The position numbers and the translations under genes are program-made. The notes beneath the pieces are model-generated. The model had not been told where the DNA came from. It did not search any database and saw only the letters and a program-made list of their open reading frames with translations. From Octopus vulgaris (taxonomy: Eukaryota), in NCBI GenBank assembly GCA_951406725.2, contig OX597814.1, positions 68,076,001-68,140,000 on the forward strand: a stretch of 64,000 nt of DNA, in the 5' to 3' direction. Positions 12,031 through 24,374 of this stretch are shown in pieces (position 1 is the first letter of the stretch; every line of letters starts with the position of its first letter).

Positions 12031-13233
12031 ACTAAGCCCTTTTATATAATGTAATAATTTGAATTCGCCTTAAATGGTCCCTTTGCATACTGAACACTTG
12101 GTGAAATTGATTAATAATTAATTAATTTTACCCTCAATTGTTGAAATTATAATTAATCTCCCTCTAATTAATGCTTCGGATTTTACCGAAATAAGCATAG
12201 CGTTTGATGATTTTAACCCACGCTGGTGGAAAGGGGAGAACAGAAATTCTTCGCTTGCTTATTTGGGTTTGTTGGCACTGTTAGTTACGAGCGGATCTTC
12301 GGAAGGGTATGTTCTTACTTTCAGTGTTTCCAAATCCAAACCAAGGAGTTTCTGAGCTGATGATAGAAATGTTGTTTTGACTAATCTTGAAACGTACGTT
12401 CTCAAATAACCTTAGCATTTGATTTTTTAATGTCCTTACCCCCAAACTTTTGTGAGTTGAATTAAGCAAACGCTATATATGAGAGAGATTTTCTTTAAGT
12501 ATTAGAAATAGCTTTAAAAAAGTTTTTTGGCTGCTATTTCTAATGGGTTCAGTATGCGGCAAAGTAATTTATTTTACTAAGCCCTTTTATATAATGTAAT
12601 AATTTGAATTCGCCTTAAATGGTCCCTTTGCATACTGAACACTTGGTGAAATTGATTAATAATTAATTAATTTTACCCTCAATTGTTGAAATTATAATTA
12701 ATCTCCCTCTAATTAATGCTTCGGATTTTACCGAAATAAGCATAGCGTTTGATGATTTTAACCCACGCTGGTGGAAAGGGGAGAACAGAAATTCTTCGCT
12801 TGCTTATTTGGGTTTGTTGGCACTGTTAGTTACGAGCGGATCTTCGGAAGGGTATGTTCTTACTTTCAGTGTTTCCAAATCCAAACCAAGGAGTTTCTGA
12901 GCTGATGATAGAAATGTTGTTTTGACTAATCTTGAAACGTACGTTCTCAAATAACCTTAGCATTTGATTTTTTAATGTCCTTACCCCCAAACTTTTGTGA
13001 GTTGAATTAAGCAAACGCTATATATGAGAGAGATTTTCTTTAAGTATTAGAAATAGCTTTAAAAAAGTTTTTTGGCTGCTATTTCTAATGGGTTCAGTAT
13101 GCGGCAAAGTAATTTATTTTACTAAGCCCTTTTATATAATGTAATAATTTGAATTCGCCTTAAATGGTCCCTTTGCATACTGAACACTTGGTGAAATTGA
13201 TTAATAATTAATTAATTTTACCCTCAATTGTTG

Positions 13234-13240
<7 letters not shown>
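12027..13240 (+). repeat. Tandem repeat, 545-bp unit x ~2.2, each full unit with a minimal hammerhead (retrozyme-like)
   Basis: 12027-12571 repeats at 12572-13116, with a partial third copy. (TA)n on both sides. Confidence 0.85.
12353..12404 (+). ncRNA. Minimal type I hammerhead ribozyme (copy 1; copy 2 at 12898-12949)
   Basis: TGAG-CTGATGA-[weak stem II]-GAAA-C-GTAC-G-TT-CTCA, with a palindromic GUAC loop in stem III. Confidence 0.6.
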
Positions 13241-13283
<43 letters not shown>

Positions 13284-13285
<2 letters not shown>

Positions 13286-13437
13286 TGGAGGGCGCAATGG
13301 CCCAGTGGTTTGGGCAGCGGACTCCCAGAGCGGGCGTTGTCAGTATTTATTGAGCGAAAACATCTAAAACTCTATGAAGCTCCGGCAGGTGGGTGGGGGC
13401 GAACCTTGCTGTACTCTTTCACCACTACTTTCTCTCA

Positions 13438-13440
<3 letters not shown>
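13284..13440 (+). mobile_element. tRNA-SINE family C, truncated inverted duplicate
   Basis: Matches the reverse complement of about 11780-11948, including the same B-box-lacking junction (ggactcccaga). Confidence 0.7.
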
Positions 13441-13492
<52 letters not shown>

Positions 13493-13508
13493 GTAAATAT
13501 AATGTGAC

Positions 13509-13547
<39 letters not shown>

Positions 13548-13740
13548 CTGTAAATATAATGTGACAATTATTTGGTTGCCGTGATAAAACTCCGAGTTCC
13601 GGATGTCGGGGCGGAAACTCGGAGTTGTATCATGGCTACCAAATAATTGTCACGTATTATATTCACGGATAAATTCCTCTATTTACATAATATCGAGGTC
13701 TCTTTCATTCTTTTGTTGTCTGACCATTTCTTTCAATAAT
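13548..13740. repeat. Foldback repeat (PLE-terminus-like)
   Basis: gtgacaattatttggttgccgtgataaaactccgagtt ... aactcggagttgtatcatggctaccaaataattgtcac inverted arms. Confidence 0.6.
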
Positions 13741-14038
13741 ATATATAAACAGAGTTAGCAGTTGTGGTAACGGATTAAGGGGTCAAATATCCGTATATTC
13801 TATCAGTATTCGTAAACCTGTATTATCCCAAGTCGAGTGCAGATAACAACAGGATAAACGAAGTGTTTATGAGGAACCAATGCAAGTAATTAGAAAATGG
13901 AGAAAACCATAGATTAACCCACACATCGATTGGACCACATTTACAGTTTATTTATTAATACAAATCATGACAAAACAAATCTGGAAGATTTGTTTTGTCA
14001 ATCTATGGTTTTCTCAATCTATGGTTTTCTCCATTTTC

Positions 14039-14088
<50 letters not shown>

Positions 14089-15171
14089 TGTACACAGCCA
14101 CACATATATGAAGAAGAAAAAGAGAAAGAGAGAGTAGAGTAGAGAGGGAGTGTGTGTGAATGGAAGAGACCGTGTACGAGATAGAAAAAAGGACTACTTT
14201 GCGCCAAGTACTTAATGCCGATTTCCCAATATTTTATTTATCACACCAACTGTAAACTGAGTTATTTTTAGTCACGCTCATAATTTCCGCCATACGTGAC
14301 GTAAAGAGTTTGTTTGCATTTATAAATATTTACATTGATTTTGTTCAATTTTACTGCGTCAATGTAGAGATAAAATGTAGTAATAGAGGAAAATAACAAA
14401 ACAAACTCATTAACTGTAAAATTTGTTGAAATATTGTTGGAGGTACTCATACCCCAGAAAGAAACTTTACTCAAATTTAGCCAATATATTTCTTCGGTAA
14501 AATCTTACAGCAACTAAGCATGTTTTTTATTCTCTTAAGAATAATAAAAGTCTAGCTGTAACATTTTGTTGATGAAATATGTTGTACATCTATCACAAAA
14601 GGACCATACATATGGGTGGGTTTGCATGTTTATAGAAGTTTCTATTTCCATGCTTTATGGTATACTGTAAAACTTATCTTCGTAATGTCCACATCCTAGC
14701 AAGCGGAATTAGTTATTTTATATCCAGAGTTAATAAAATGAATATAAGAAGCTGATATCGATTGACCTTACACCAGACAACATGATACAGGATGGCATTA
14801 AAAAGTAAACTAGAACTAGCAGAAGAGGGGAACAATATAGACCAATGATATATGTTCATTTGTTTGGCAAGTATGAGATCACCGTTGTGTATGTTTTTGT
14901 ATTATTATATCATCAGCAAGGTACATTCTTCACCACACTTACCCATATAGCCATGAGATACTCATTAGGTAAATGTAGATTCAGATCAATATGGTTCATT
15001 TATGTTATAGTATCTGATACCATGTTGGCAGTGGAGGATCTTGAGCAAAGTAAACAATGGCCAAACATTTTCAATATCATCTCTTGACCTCGGTCCAACA
15101 TATATTGGTTATTGATATATTCTTCTTAGGATAATATAAAGCAATTTAGGATGAAACACATCCAGTAATCA

Positions 15172-15372
15172 TTGGTTTGAAATTGTGGCACAACCGCAAA
15201 AATTTCAAGGGTGTGGGTAAGTCGATTTGATCGACCCCAGTGTTCAACTAGTAGCTATTTTACCGACCTTGAAATGATGAAAGGCAAAGTCAGTCTTAGC
15301 AGAATTTTGACACAGAACGTAGGAACGGACGAAATACCGCTCAAGATTTTGCCCGGCGCGGTAACAATTCAC
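15172..15372 (-). mobile_element. tRNA-derived SINE family B (decayed)
   Basis: Reverse complement resembles ...gcggtatttcgtccgttcctacgttctg..tcaaaattctgc..gactttgcctttcatc... Confidence 0.7.
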
Positions 15373-15586
15373 AGTCAAGCGAGACAACTCTCATCAAACA
15401 CATACACAAGGTATGTGTGTTGTTACACAAGTTATGTGTTTGTTTATATACCTCGAGCTGCTTCCAATTCATATTTGAATTTTTTCCGTGACATGAAACG
15501 TTGGGACATGCCATCAGATGGTGTTAAAAACATTTAGAATATAATCATAGTCGGTGATACGGCTTGCAGCGGGTCTTGTTCGGTAT

Positions 15587-15636
15587 GTGACATTGGTAAT
15601 AAACGAAAGCAATGACGAAACATCGATGTCTGTCGC
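15587..15636 (+). ncRNA. Degenerate type I hammerhead in a ~350-bp unit with partial direct repeat
   Basis: GTGACA-TTGGTAA-..-GAAA-CATCGATG-TC-TGTCGC. The flanking motif tttgtttatatacctc..aattcatat.tgaat recurs at about 15439 and 15788. Confidence 0.5.
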
Positions 15637-16499
15637 TCCGAGAAAGGACCTGATGTGAGTTCTCTCGCTTGACTATGACTTACTTTCAGGTGCTTTTAAC
15701 ACTAGGCGCATAGAGAATATATTCTCTTACGCGTAAAAGTCGCGACCGAAAGTAACAACACACATATCTTGTATACGTGTGTTCCATTTTGTTTATATAC
15801 CTCAAGTTACTTTTAATTCATATCTGAATAACGTGTTTTCTCTTCAAATACTGTTCAACAACAACAACAACCATCACAGCAACAACAACCACCACCACGG
15901 CAGTAGCCACAACCATCACGGCAACAACTGACTCAGCCTCAACCTCTAACACCGTTTAATTCAACCGCAATTGATGACCGACCTAATGAAACGGTCAACG
16001 TTTCAGATTCCAGCTGTTGACAGCCCATTCAACCAGAGTTTGTTACCCACTCACCAAGTCTTCAAGTACAGCAACAAGAATCACCCCCACAAGAACAATT
16101 ACATCTACAACAACTACCACAGAACATCAACAGACACAGCTTCAGCCTACTACTATCCCAATTTGTGATCAACCAACTGAATGCTTACTTGATGACTCCC
16201 TCACTGAATTTGCCAAACACTAATATACAGAAATTAAAATCTATCTTTCTCACATCCTACACGTGAAACACCCAAATATGCCGTTATTCACTATGCAAGA
16301 GGTTGTGCACTGATACTGATTCCCAATTCACTCATTTACCAGGGACTAGACGCTCAATTCTTAATCACAACAGCTACCACGAAAGTGCACATTCTAAAAC
16401 AACACAACTGCCATGACCACGACCACCACCATCTCCATCCTCTGCAAATACTAAGCCAAACTTTAAGAAAAACCCACTCATGTAACATGAAACCCTAAA

Positions 16500-17600
16500 A
16501 TCTGTCGCTATTCCCAGCGTGACCGATTATGTCTACAGCATGATTGTCCATTTAGGTTCCCGGCCACTGTCCTGAAGATGTGGCGACCCACTTTAGCTGA
16601 GCTCTGGAGGAACTCATTTGATGCAGACTGATCATTTTCTTTTCCAGTCTGTCGTTTTAGTTTTCAAAAAGGGAAACATATCTCTTCCAGTGAACTACCG
16701 TCCGATTTCACTCACCTCTCATATCATTAATGTATTTGAGAGGGTGGTAGGATAGCGATTAACTCACTTCCTCGAAGACAATAATCTGGTGAACCCCAAC
16801 CAGTGTGGCTGCCATGATGGCAAAGACTGTCTGTCGCAGCCTCTGCAGTATTTTGATGACATTTCAAAAACTTTGGGAGAAGGCTCCAATACTTATGTCA
16901 TATACCTTAATTTCAGCAAGGCATTTGACAGAGTGGACCACAAAATCCTGCTGAAGAAACTGTCGAACATTGGAGTCCGTGGAAAGCTGCTGCAGTGGAT
17001 AAAGTGTTTCCTGACGAACAGAACTCAACATGTTGTGGTTGAGGGAAGCCGATCAAGCTCAGCCCAAGTCAGTAGTGGTGTCCCACAAGGTACTATGTTG
17101 GGCTAACTCTTCTTCATTATCTACATCAATGATATAGTAGACGTCAGCAAATACCGTACATTTCCAGATGTTTCCAAGCTCCAGAAGACCATAAACGGTA
17201 TGGGAGACCCAACATGCCTTCAGTTGGATCTGTTTGCTATTGTCCAATGGGCGGAAAAGAACGATATGCTTCCAAATGAAGATAAGTTTAATTTGATCCA
17301 CTTTGGAAAAGAGGATACTCTGAAACAGCCATATGCCCTTCCCTCGGGTGACTCCCAAGTGTCATCCAACAAGACCAGAGATCTTGGAGTAATTGTTGAT
17401 AACAAACTAAGCTGGAGTTCCCACGTAAACAGCAAGGCTGACTTGGTCCGCCAGATGTGCTCTGGAATTCTGACAACTTTCATCATTATCTACTCTACTT
17501 TTGCCTGACCCCAACTTTAATACTGTTGCCCACTGTGGTCACCCGCAAAGCATTAAGAAATTAGAAGTACTCCAGATGTCAATAACAAGAAAAATAGACG
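16500..17600 (+). pseudogene. Decayed CR1-like LINE RT fragment
   Basis: NYRPISLTSHI, YLNFSKAFDRVDH, SGVPQGTMLG, RDLGVIVDNKLSW, YCCPLWSP with stops and frameshifts. Confidence 0.85.
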
Positions 17601-17641
17601 GTATTCTTTTATTTTATTATTATTTTTTATTATCATCATAA

Positions 17642-17693
<52 letters not shown>

Positions 17694-17694
17694 G

Positions 17695-18262
<568 letters not shown>

Positions 18263-19724
18263 ATAACGACAGACATTGACTACTGGGGTCGACTAAAACA
18301 CTCAATCGTTACTCTCTCCAACGCCGCTGTGAGCACGACACCATTTGTGTGATGTGGAAAATATTCCATCAATATTGTACAAATGGTGTTGGCATCAATT
18401 TTAAAATTTACCCAGAACTTGGCCCCCGTGCTATACGCCAACTACAAAAATTAAACTCAAGACACTTAACAACAGTACGACACAACTACTTTACCTCAAC
18501 CGGCCAGGATCCCTTTTTCATATTGTACCAAAATGCATCAAAACGGAAACAGATTCCATAAAATTCAAAAGTTCTCTGGACAAATTTCTTCACCCGGATA
18601 TGTCTCCAACAAAAATAAATCTTTGCTAGTGTGGGCAATAATGTCCCATACTGACTGAGGTGTGAATCACGATCTAAAAGGCTTCACTAGGTGGTGCTAG
18701 TAATCTAGACATGGCCTGGACCTATACTGACCAAATCTTGATGTGTTTCTCAAGATTTCAATTTGAAAGGAAAGGGTGACTAAAATCTTTGTGAATATCA
18801 GGAGTATCGAGATTGCAGTAATAAAGTCTCTTTATAGTTGGTGATCTTCAGTGTTGTCGGGAGCATTTATGCAAACTGACCTTTGTTACTACCACGCAAT
18901 TGTCTCAACTTCCAAGTGAGCAGAACGTCTTTCATATCTTCCCACTTGGCCATGATTTTGTCAATAAGAAGCCAGTGTATGATGTAGGAATGTTTCTTCG
19001 AGATTTTACATTTGTTGCTTTGTTGGAAGATGATGCTATATGGTGGTAAATCATGATAGATTTCATGATATTAGGATATTTTATTGAACAGATGATGTAT
19101 CTGTTGGTTGCAAACTGGTAGAGTCCTTCGAACGTCAGATAAAATGCATTGCGTCATTTATTCCGAAATCTTGCGCTCTGAGGTTAAATTTGCTTTTCAT
19201 CTTTTCGGAGTCGATAGAAAGGGAAGCAATCTATGGCGCTGAACTGGCGTAATTGTAAGAACATCATACCGAATGCCTAGTGATATTTGTTCGGATCGGA
19301 ATTCAAGTCCTCCAGTTTAAGGATATCTTCCACTCTTCTACCGATCTCGGTGACTCTTTGAATATCATTGGACTGCCTTCTTCTCTAACTAAAAGAGAAA
19401 GAATATTTCTAACTGAGGTTTGCATTTCACTATTACATAGTTGTTTTTCTCATGGTTTTCATTTTATTATATTGCAGTGCTGTTTTCAATCCAACTTTAT
19501 TTTGTGTCCTGCATTGTAATTAGATATAATACCTCGTTGTACTTTGTAATGCAATTGTAAAAGTCTCGAAACAGCAGAAGTCTTGAGAAAACATTTTTGT
19601 TCCAATACAAACATGCATGGATAATAAGGTAAAAAGAAGCATAATTAATAAACAACACAAAATTGGACGTTTTTAATATAGCGTGTTTTGAAAGAAAACC
19701 TGTTCACCATTTATGCACAAACTC

Positions 19725-20071
19725 ATACATATCTATGCATGTTTATATATGTATGTATGTACGTGTATGTATGTATATATATATATATATGTGTGTGTCT
19801 GTATACACACACACATATACTATATATACATATATTTATGCATGTACATGTATATGCAATGCATATGTGTGTGTATATATATTTATACATTCATATACAT
19901 GTACTTATTTCATATATATATATACATTTATATATATATATATACATACTAAGCGTGTGTGTTTATTTACATTTTTATTACGTATACAATTATGTAATTT
20001 ACATATGCATGCACTAATAGATATTTAAGTATATATATATATATATATAAATACATATATAAATACATATA

Positions 20072-20113
<42 letters not shown>

Positions 20114-20240
20114 TATATGTATGAGTATATTTATACATATTTGTGTGTATCTATACCTTTATATGTATATGTGTATATATATATAAATGCATATCTGTAT
20201 GCATACATGTGAGTCTGTGTGTGTGTATAAACGTATACAT
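19725..20240. repeat. Degenerate (TA)n/(TG)n/(TACA)n low-complexity field
   Basis: Seen directly. Also (CATA)n at 20405-20476, (CTA/TTA)n at 21443-21551, (CATA)n/(TA)n/(GA)n at 52463-52750 and (TAT)n at 62858-62932. Confidence 0.9.
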
Positions 20241-21443
20241 GCATGGTTGTAAGAATTTGTGTATTTATGCTTGTATCAAGCTGAAACGTCAAAAACGTCA
20301 CAGATTCTCAAGCGATTTGTGAAGTTTCTGCTGAAAATAAACATCATTGTTCTTACCGACTTCATTGTACTGAGAATTGTTGTTTTTCATTTTTTGCATT
20401 GAAGACATACATACATACATACATACATACATACATACATACATACATACATACATACATACATACATACATACATAAAAGAAACGAGTACTTATACTGA
20501 CAGACACACACATATGTACACGCACGCATGGATATGCTTGTGTTTATTAAGAATATATGAACCTTGACATTCAAATACAACGACGCGTGAATATATTACA
20601 TTTCCATATTATTCTTATAACACGAATCGTAAAGGTTATATTATTAATCATTTTCTTAATAACAATACATTTCTAAGGGGATTCCGCATAGTATGCCTCA
20701 ATTATCAATTTTAAATCAATTCCCACTGCTATTTTGCCAATATTATTTGTGTCACATTGTTTTCGAATTGGATTTCTCAACAGCCGCCCATTATTTAAAT
20801 ACAAGAATATTAATGTCCTATTTTATGGTTGTTAAAAAATATTCTATTAATGTTAACGCATTCTTGATGTTCATTCTGCATCCATACATTAGAAGGATAT
20901 TTCAGATGGAATCTTCTGACGATATATATCAAATATAAAAGAGCAGCGTGGTGAGAGAAATGACGAGGATCGGATTACATGCTTTGCAGCATAACCTGTT
21001 ACGAATACAAGAAATTCATACATACCAACTCTCTTCATCAGCTGTTTTAAGCGATTTCGACTTGACACCTCCCACTACTTAACTGATTCAATTTTCTCTG
21101 GCTCTTCTTGTAGCTTTTTCTGCATTAGCTTTTGATTAATTTGTGAATAGCATAATATTGCTTTCTGTCAGTCACGAGGCCTTAAATTTTCGGGGATGAG
21201 GGTAATCGGTTACGCCGACTCCAGTGCTCAACTAGTACTTATTTTATCGACCACCGAGTGGATGAAAGACAAAGTCAACTTCGGTGGAATTTGAACTCAG
21301 AAATGCCGTTGTTGTTGTTTCACTTTTGATCATCGGTGTACACCATACCTTTTTGTATATTGTATTTCGTCCTTTGATCTTGCCCTCAATACCTTGGACC
21401 CTTACCTCCCATTCCTTCAACTCCTCCTCCTCCTTCTCATCAT

Positions 21444-21527
<84 letters not shown>

Positions 21528-22599
21528 TATTATTATTATTATTATTATTATTTGATACAAACCAACAACTTATTTTGCTGAGTATGATGGAAAGTATCAG
21601 TTGTCCACAGCCAGCAGACTAAGGTGACACCTGTTTCTTGGTCACGCATCAAGAATCCAGCGAAGAATTCCTGCAGTCTCAAGCAATGCTTGTTGTTGTT
21701 GTTGTCGTCGTCATTACTATTTTTGTGTTCGGAAGTGAAAGATGTAAGTTGTTACTGAATTAGGTTGTTTTAATGAAAGTAATTGTGGCTTTCGTTTTAC
21801 CATTTTATTAAGCTAGCATGCATCTCTTTAGGTTAGTTGTCTTTGTGAAATTTTCGCCATTTCGGGTTGAGTTTTGAGGGCTTTTAACAGTAGAGCTACA
21901 TGTTAAAAAGAAAATCACAATACAGCTTCGCAAATCAGAAGGCAATTAATTGTTTCAACACCCAATATAATACAATTTCCTCATTACTATCTTCTAAAAT
22001 AAAGAGTATCAATAAAAATAAGAATGTCAGCAACATCAACAAGAACAACAGAAATGAAAAGACATTCGAATGCAATACTATCACTATTTCTCCTCCCATC
22101 ACCAGTACCAACCGAAACAGCAACAAGAGTTTGCATGAACATAGCGACAAGATCAATGAGCATAAAAAAACAGAAAGAAGAAAAACCAATTTCAACACTC
22201 TTAAAACTTCCACCACCGCCGCCGCTACCACCACTGCTGCTATTAAAAGCAACATATATAAATCAAGACACCACTGGGCTCTGTTCAGTTGGCTCACAGA
22301 TTTTTTTAATTAATTTTTTTAAACTAAACAGTTTGAAACTTCGTATACTGGTGGAATGCCTCACACAGAACACGGTTTACTTTGAACATCTTTGACAAAC
22401 ATTGGTATTTTAGAAGTTATTTCGTGTTAAAGTTGTTGTATTTGGGTAATTTCAGCAAATCAACGTGTATTTGGTTAAAGAAAGCTGCTGCTGTTTGCGA
22501 TACCCTCACCGTGCCGGTGGGAATGAGACAAGTGAATCTTTATAGGAATAAGGAAAGTAACGCTTTCTCACCTTTCTCCTTCTATCGAACATGACCTTA

Positions 22600-23945
22600 A
22601 TCAGAATATGTAGTGTAAATACACGTGGCTGGCGCACCTTAGAAGCAGGGTCATATGCTCAGCGACTTGTTACATTGTGGTGGCTAATCAGCGAGACTAG
22701 AATTTCCGATCCATAAGCCTTCATGCCCATTTTCGGTGGATTTAAGTTCTACTTATTACTAAGTTGATCGGTATAAGGAGGTGGAACTGTTGCGCTGATT
22801 CTGAAGGATCTGGATCTCACAATTCTTGGATTCAGAAGGTTGATGCTCCTGGATCGAAGAGTATTGAAGTGAGTGTCTTCAGGCTAATAGTTCTTTATGC
22901 TCAAACGTGCGCTGTGGCTACGGCTTTTCCAAGCGTATTCTTGACGGTGAGAGGTATGGTAGCCGCTTGTTAGGCTTGCAATTTTACAGCTCGTCTTCTG
23001 ACGCAGTGCAGCTGCGTCAGAAGACGAGCTGTCCAGGATCGAGCGTAGACTTACGCAAAAAGCTTTGCACCTAGACTACTGTCAGATGTTCACAGCCTTC
23101 TACCAGAAGGGCAGCGCGGTCGGTGAAAATTTCACTTTGGCATTCTACGGAGAGTTAGTGGTGGGAAAGACGCTCTCGGGGAGAATCTAGGCGACTACAA
23201 AAATTAAATGGCAGGCCAGTTTCTAAAGAAAATTTCAGGTCGGAGCTGATGGAAATCTCTGGTTTGTCAGCGCCACAGATACAAGCTAATTTTTACCGGC
23301 ATGAGGTTAACTACGCCTACCGGAGCGGCGAAACTCGTTCAATGCCCTGGTATTGTTGATTTGAGGAGTTATGATTAAGACCAGCTGTCAAGTGTAGGAC
23401 AGATTCAATTGTATGCTGAGTTCATTGCGAAGATCGTTCCGTTGCCTTCTTTTGATCGGGAAGGAGAGGTAATATTTATCTGGTTGGTGACATTAGCAAA
23501 AAAGATCTTATGAGGGACCAGATTGAAAGCGAAAGACCAGTCTTTTTGGTCAAGCCTTCATCAAATGTTTCTAGTTTCACTTGAAACGTAATTTCAGTGT
23601 AGAAAGGGAAGAACTGTATCCCAGCAAATTTATTGAAAGGTGGATAAGAATGGCACAGATTGTCCGAGTGGACGACCTTACTTTGAGTATGCGTGTCGAC
23701 TGAGGGAGGAAACTGTGGAGTGGATACTTTTTCTAGTGGATAGGACGACCATAGTTTTATGGGGTTTCCACGAGCATCCCCCGGAAGTCTCTTTCTCTCT
23801 CCCTCTCTCTGTTGGAGAATTTTCTTTATCTTAATTATTTGTTTCTTTGTTTATTATGATGTTGCCCCTTACTCTAACCCAACATCATATTATTTTGCAC
23901 TGTATCGTCCTGTACTCTCCTTGTCCTTCATGTAAGCCCTCTGTG
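22600..23945 (+). mobile_element. Highly decayed GC-richer retroelement relic, possibly Tx1-related
   Basis: Compositional island ending in a T-rich tail tgtcc...gtaagccctctgtg, reminiscent of the array/SINE-B tail. No intact motifs. Confidence 0.2.
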
Positions 23946-24374
23946 TTTTCCTACCACTAATCGATGTGATCGAAGAACGAAGCACAGACAGCATCATCGG
24001 CAGCAACAAGAACAACGACAACAACAACGACAAAAGCAGCAGTAACAAGCAAGGTTTATTAAAAAATGACGCAAGCTACCGTCCGCACCACCAGCACTAC
24101 AACTGCCGCCACCACCACAAGCAGTAATAAAATGACAACAGTCGCAGTTCTGTTTTCAAACAGAATGGGAACGGTTTCGCACAAGCCTGTCTCAAAATGG
24201 AAAAAGTTGAGTTGACACAAAAAGGACTGAACGACACTAAGTTGCACCTAACAAAAAAATGGCAGAACAGTCTTTCTTAACACAGCGGAAGAAGTGCAAG
24301 AAGACACTACGAAAACCCTATTATATGTAATATTTTGCAGTATTTCGTCCGTGTTTAGGTTCTGAGATTGACTG

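Noticed and set aside
14845-15087. Hydrophobic 80-aa ORF, vaguely receptor-like
   Set aside because: No recognisable motif or splice structure.
15850-16450. Q/T-rich A/C-skewed stretch, and ORF 18349-18561, as possible PLE N-terminus
   Set aside because: Composition fits but there are no diagnostic motifs.
20985-21045. Minus-strand CTGATGA followed by GTAA
   Set aside because: Lacks the GAAA core and a closing stem I.
21900-22395. 137-aa/123-aa N/T/K-rich ORFs
   Set aside because: Low-complexity trinucleotide-derived sequence.
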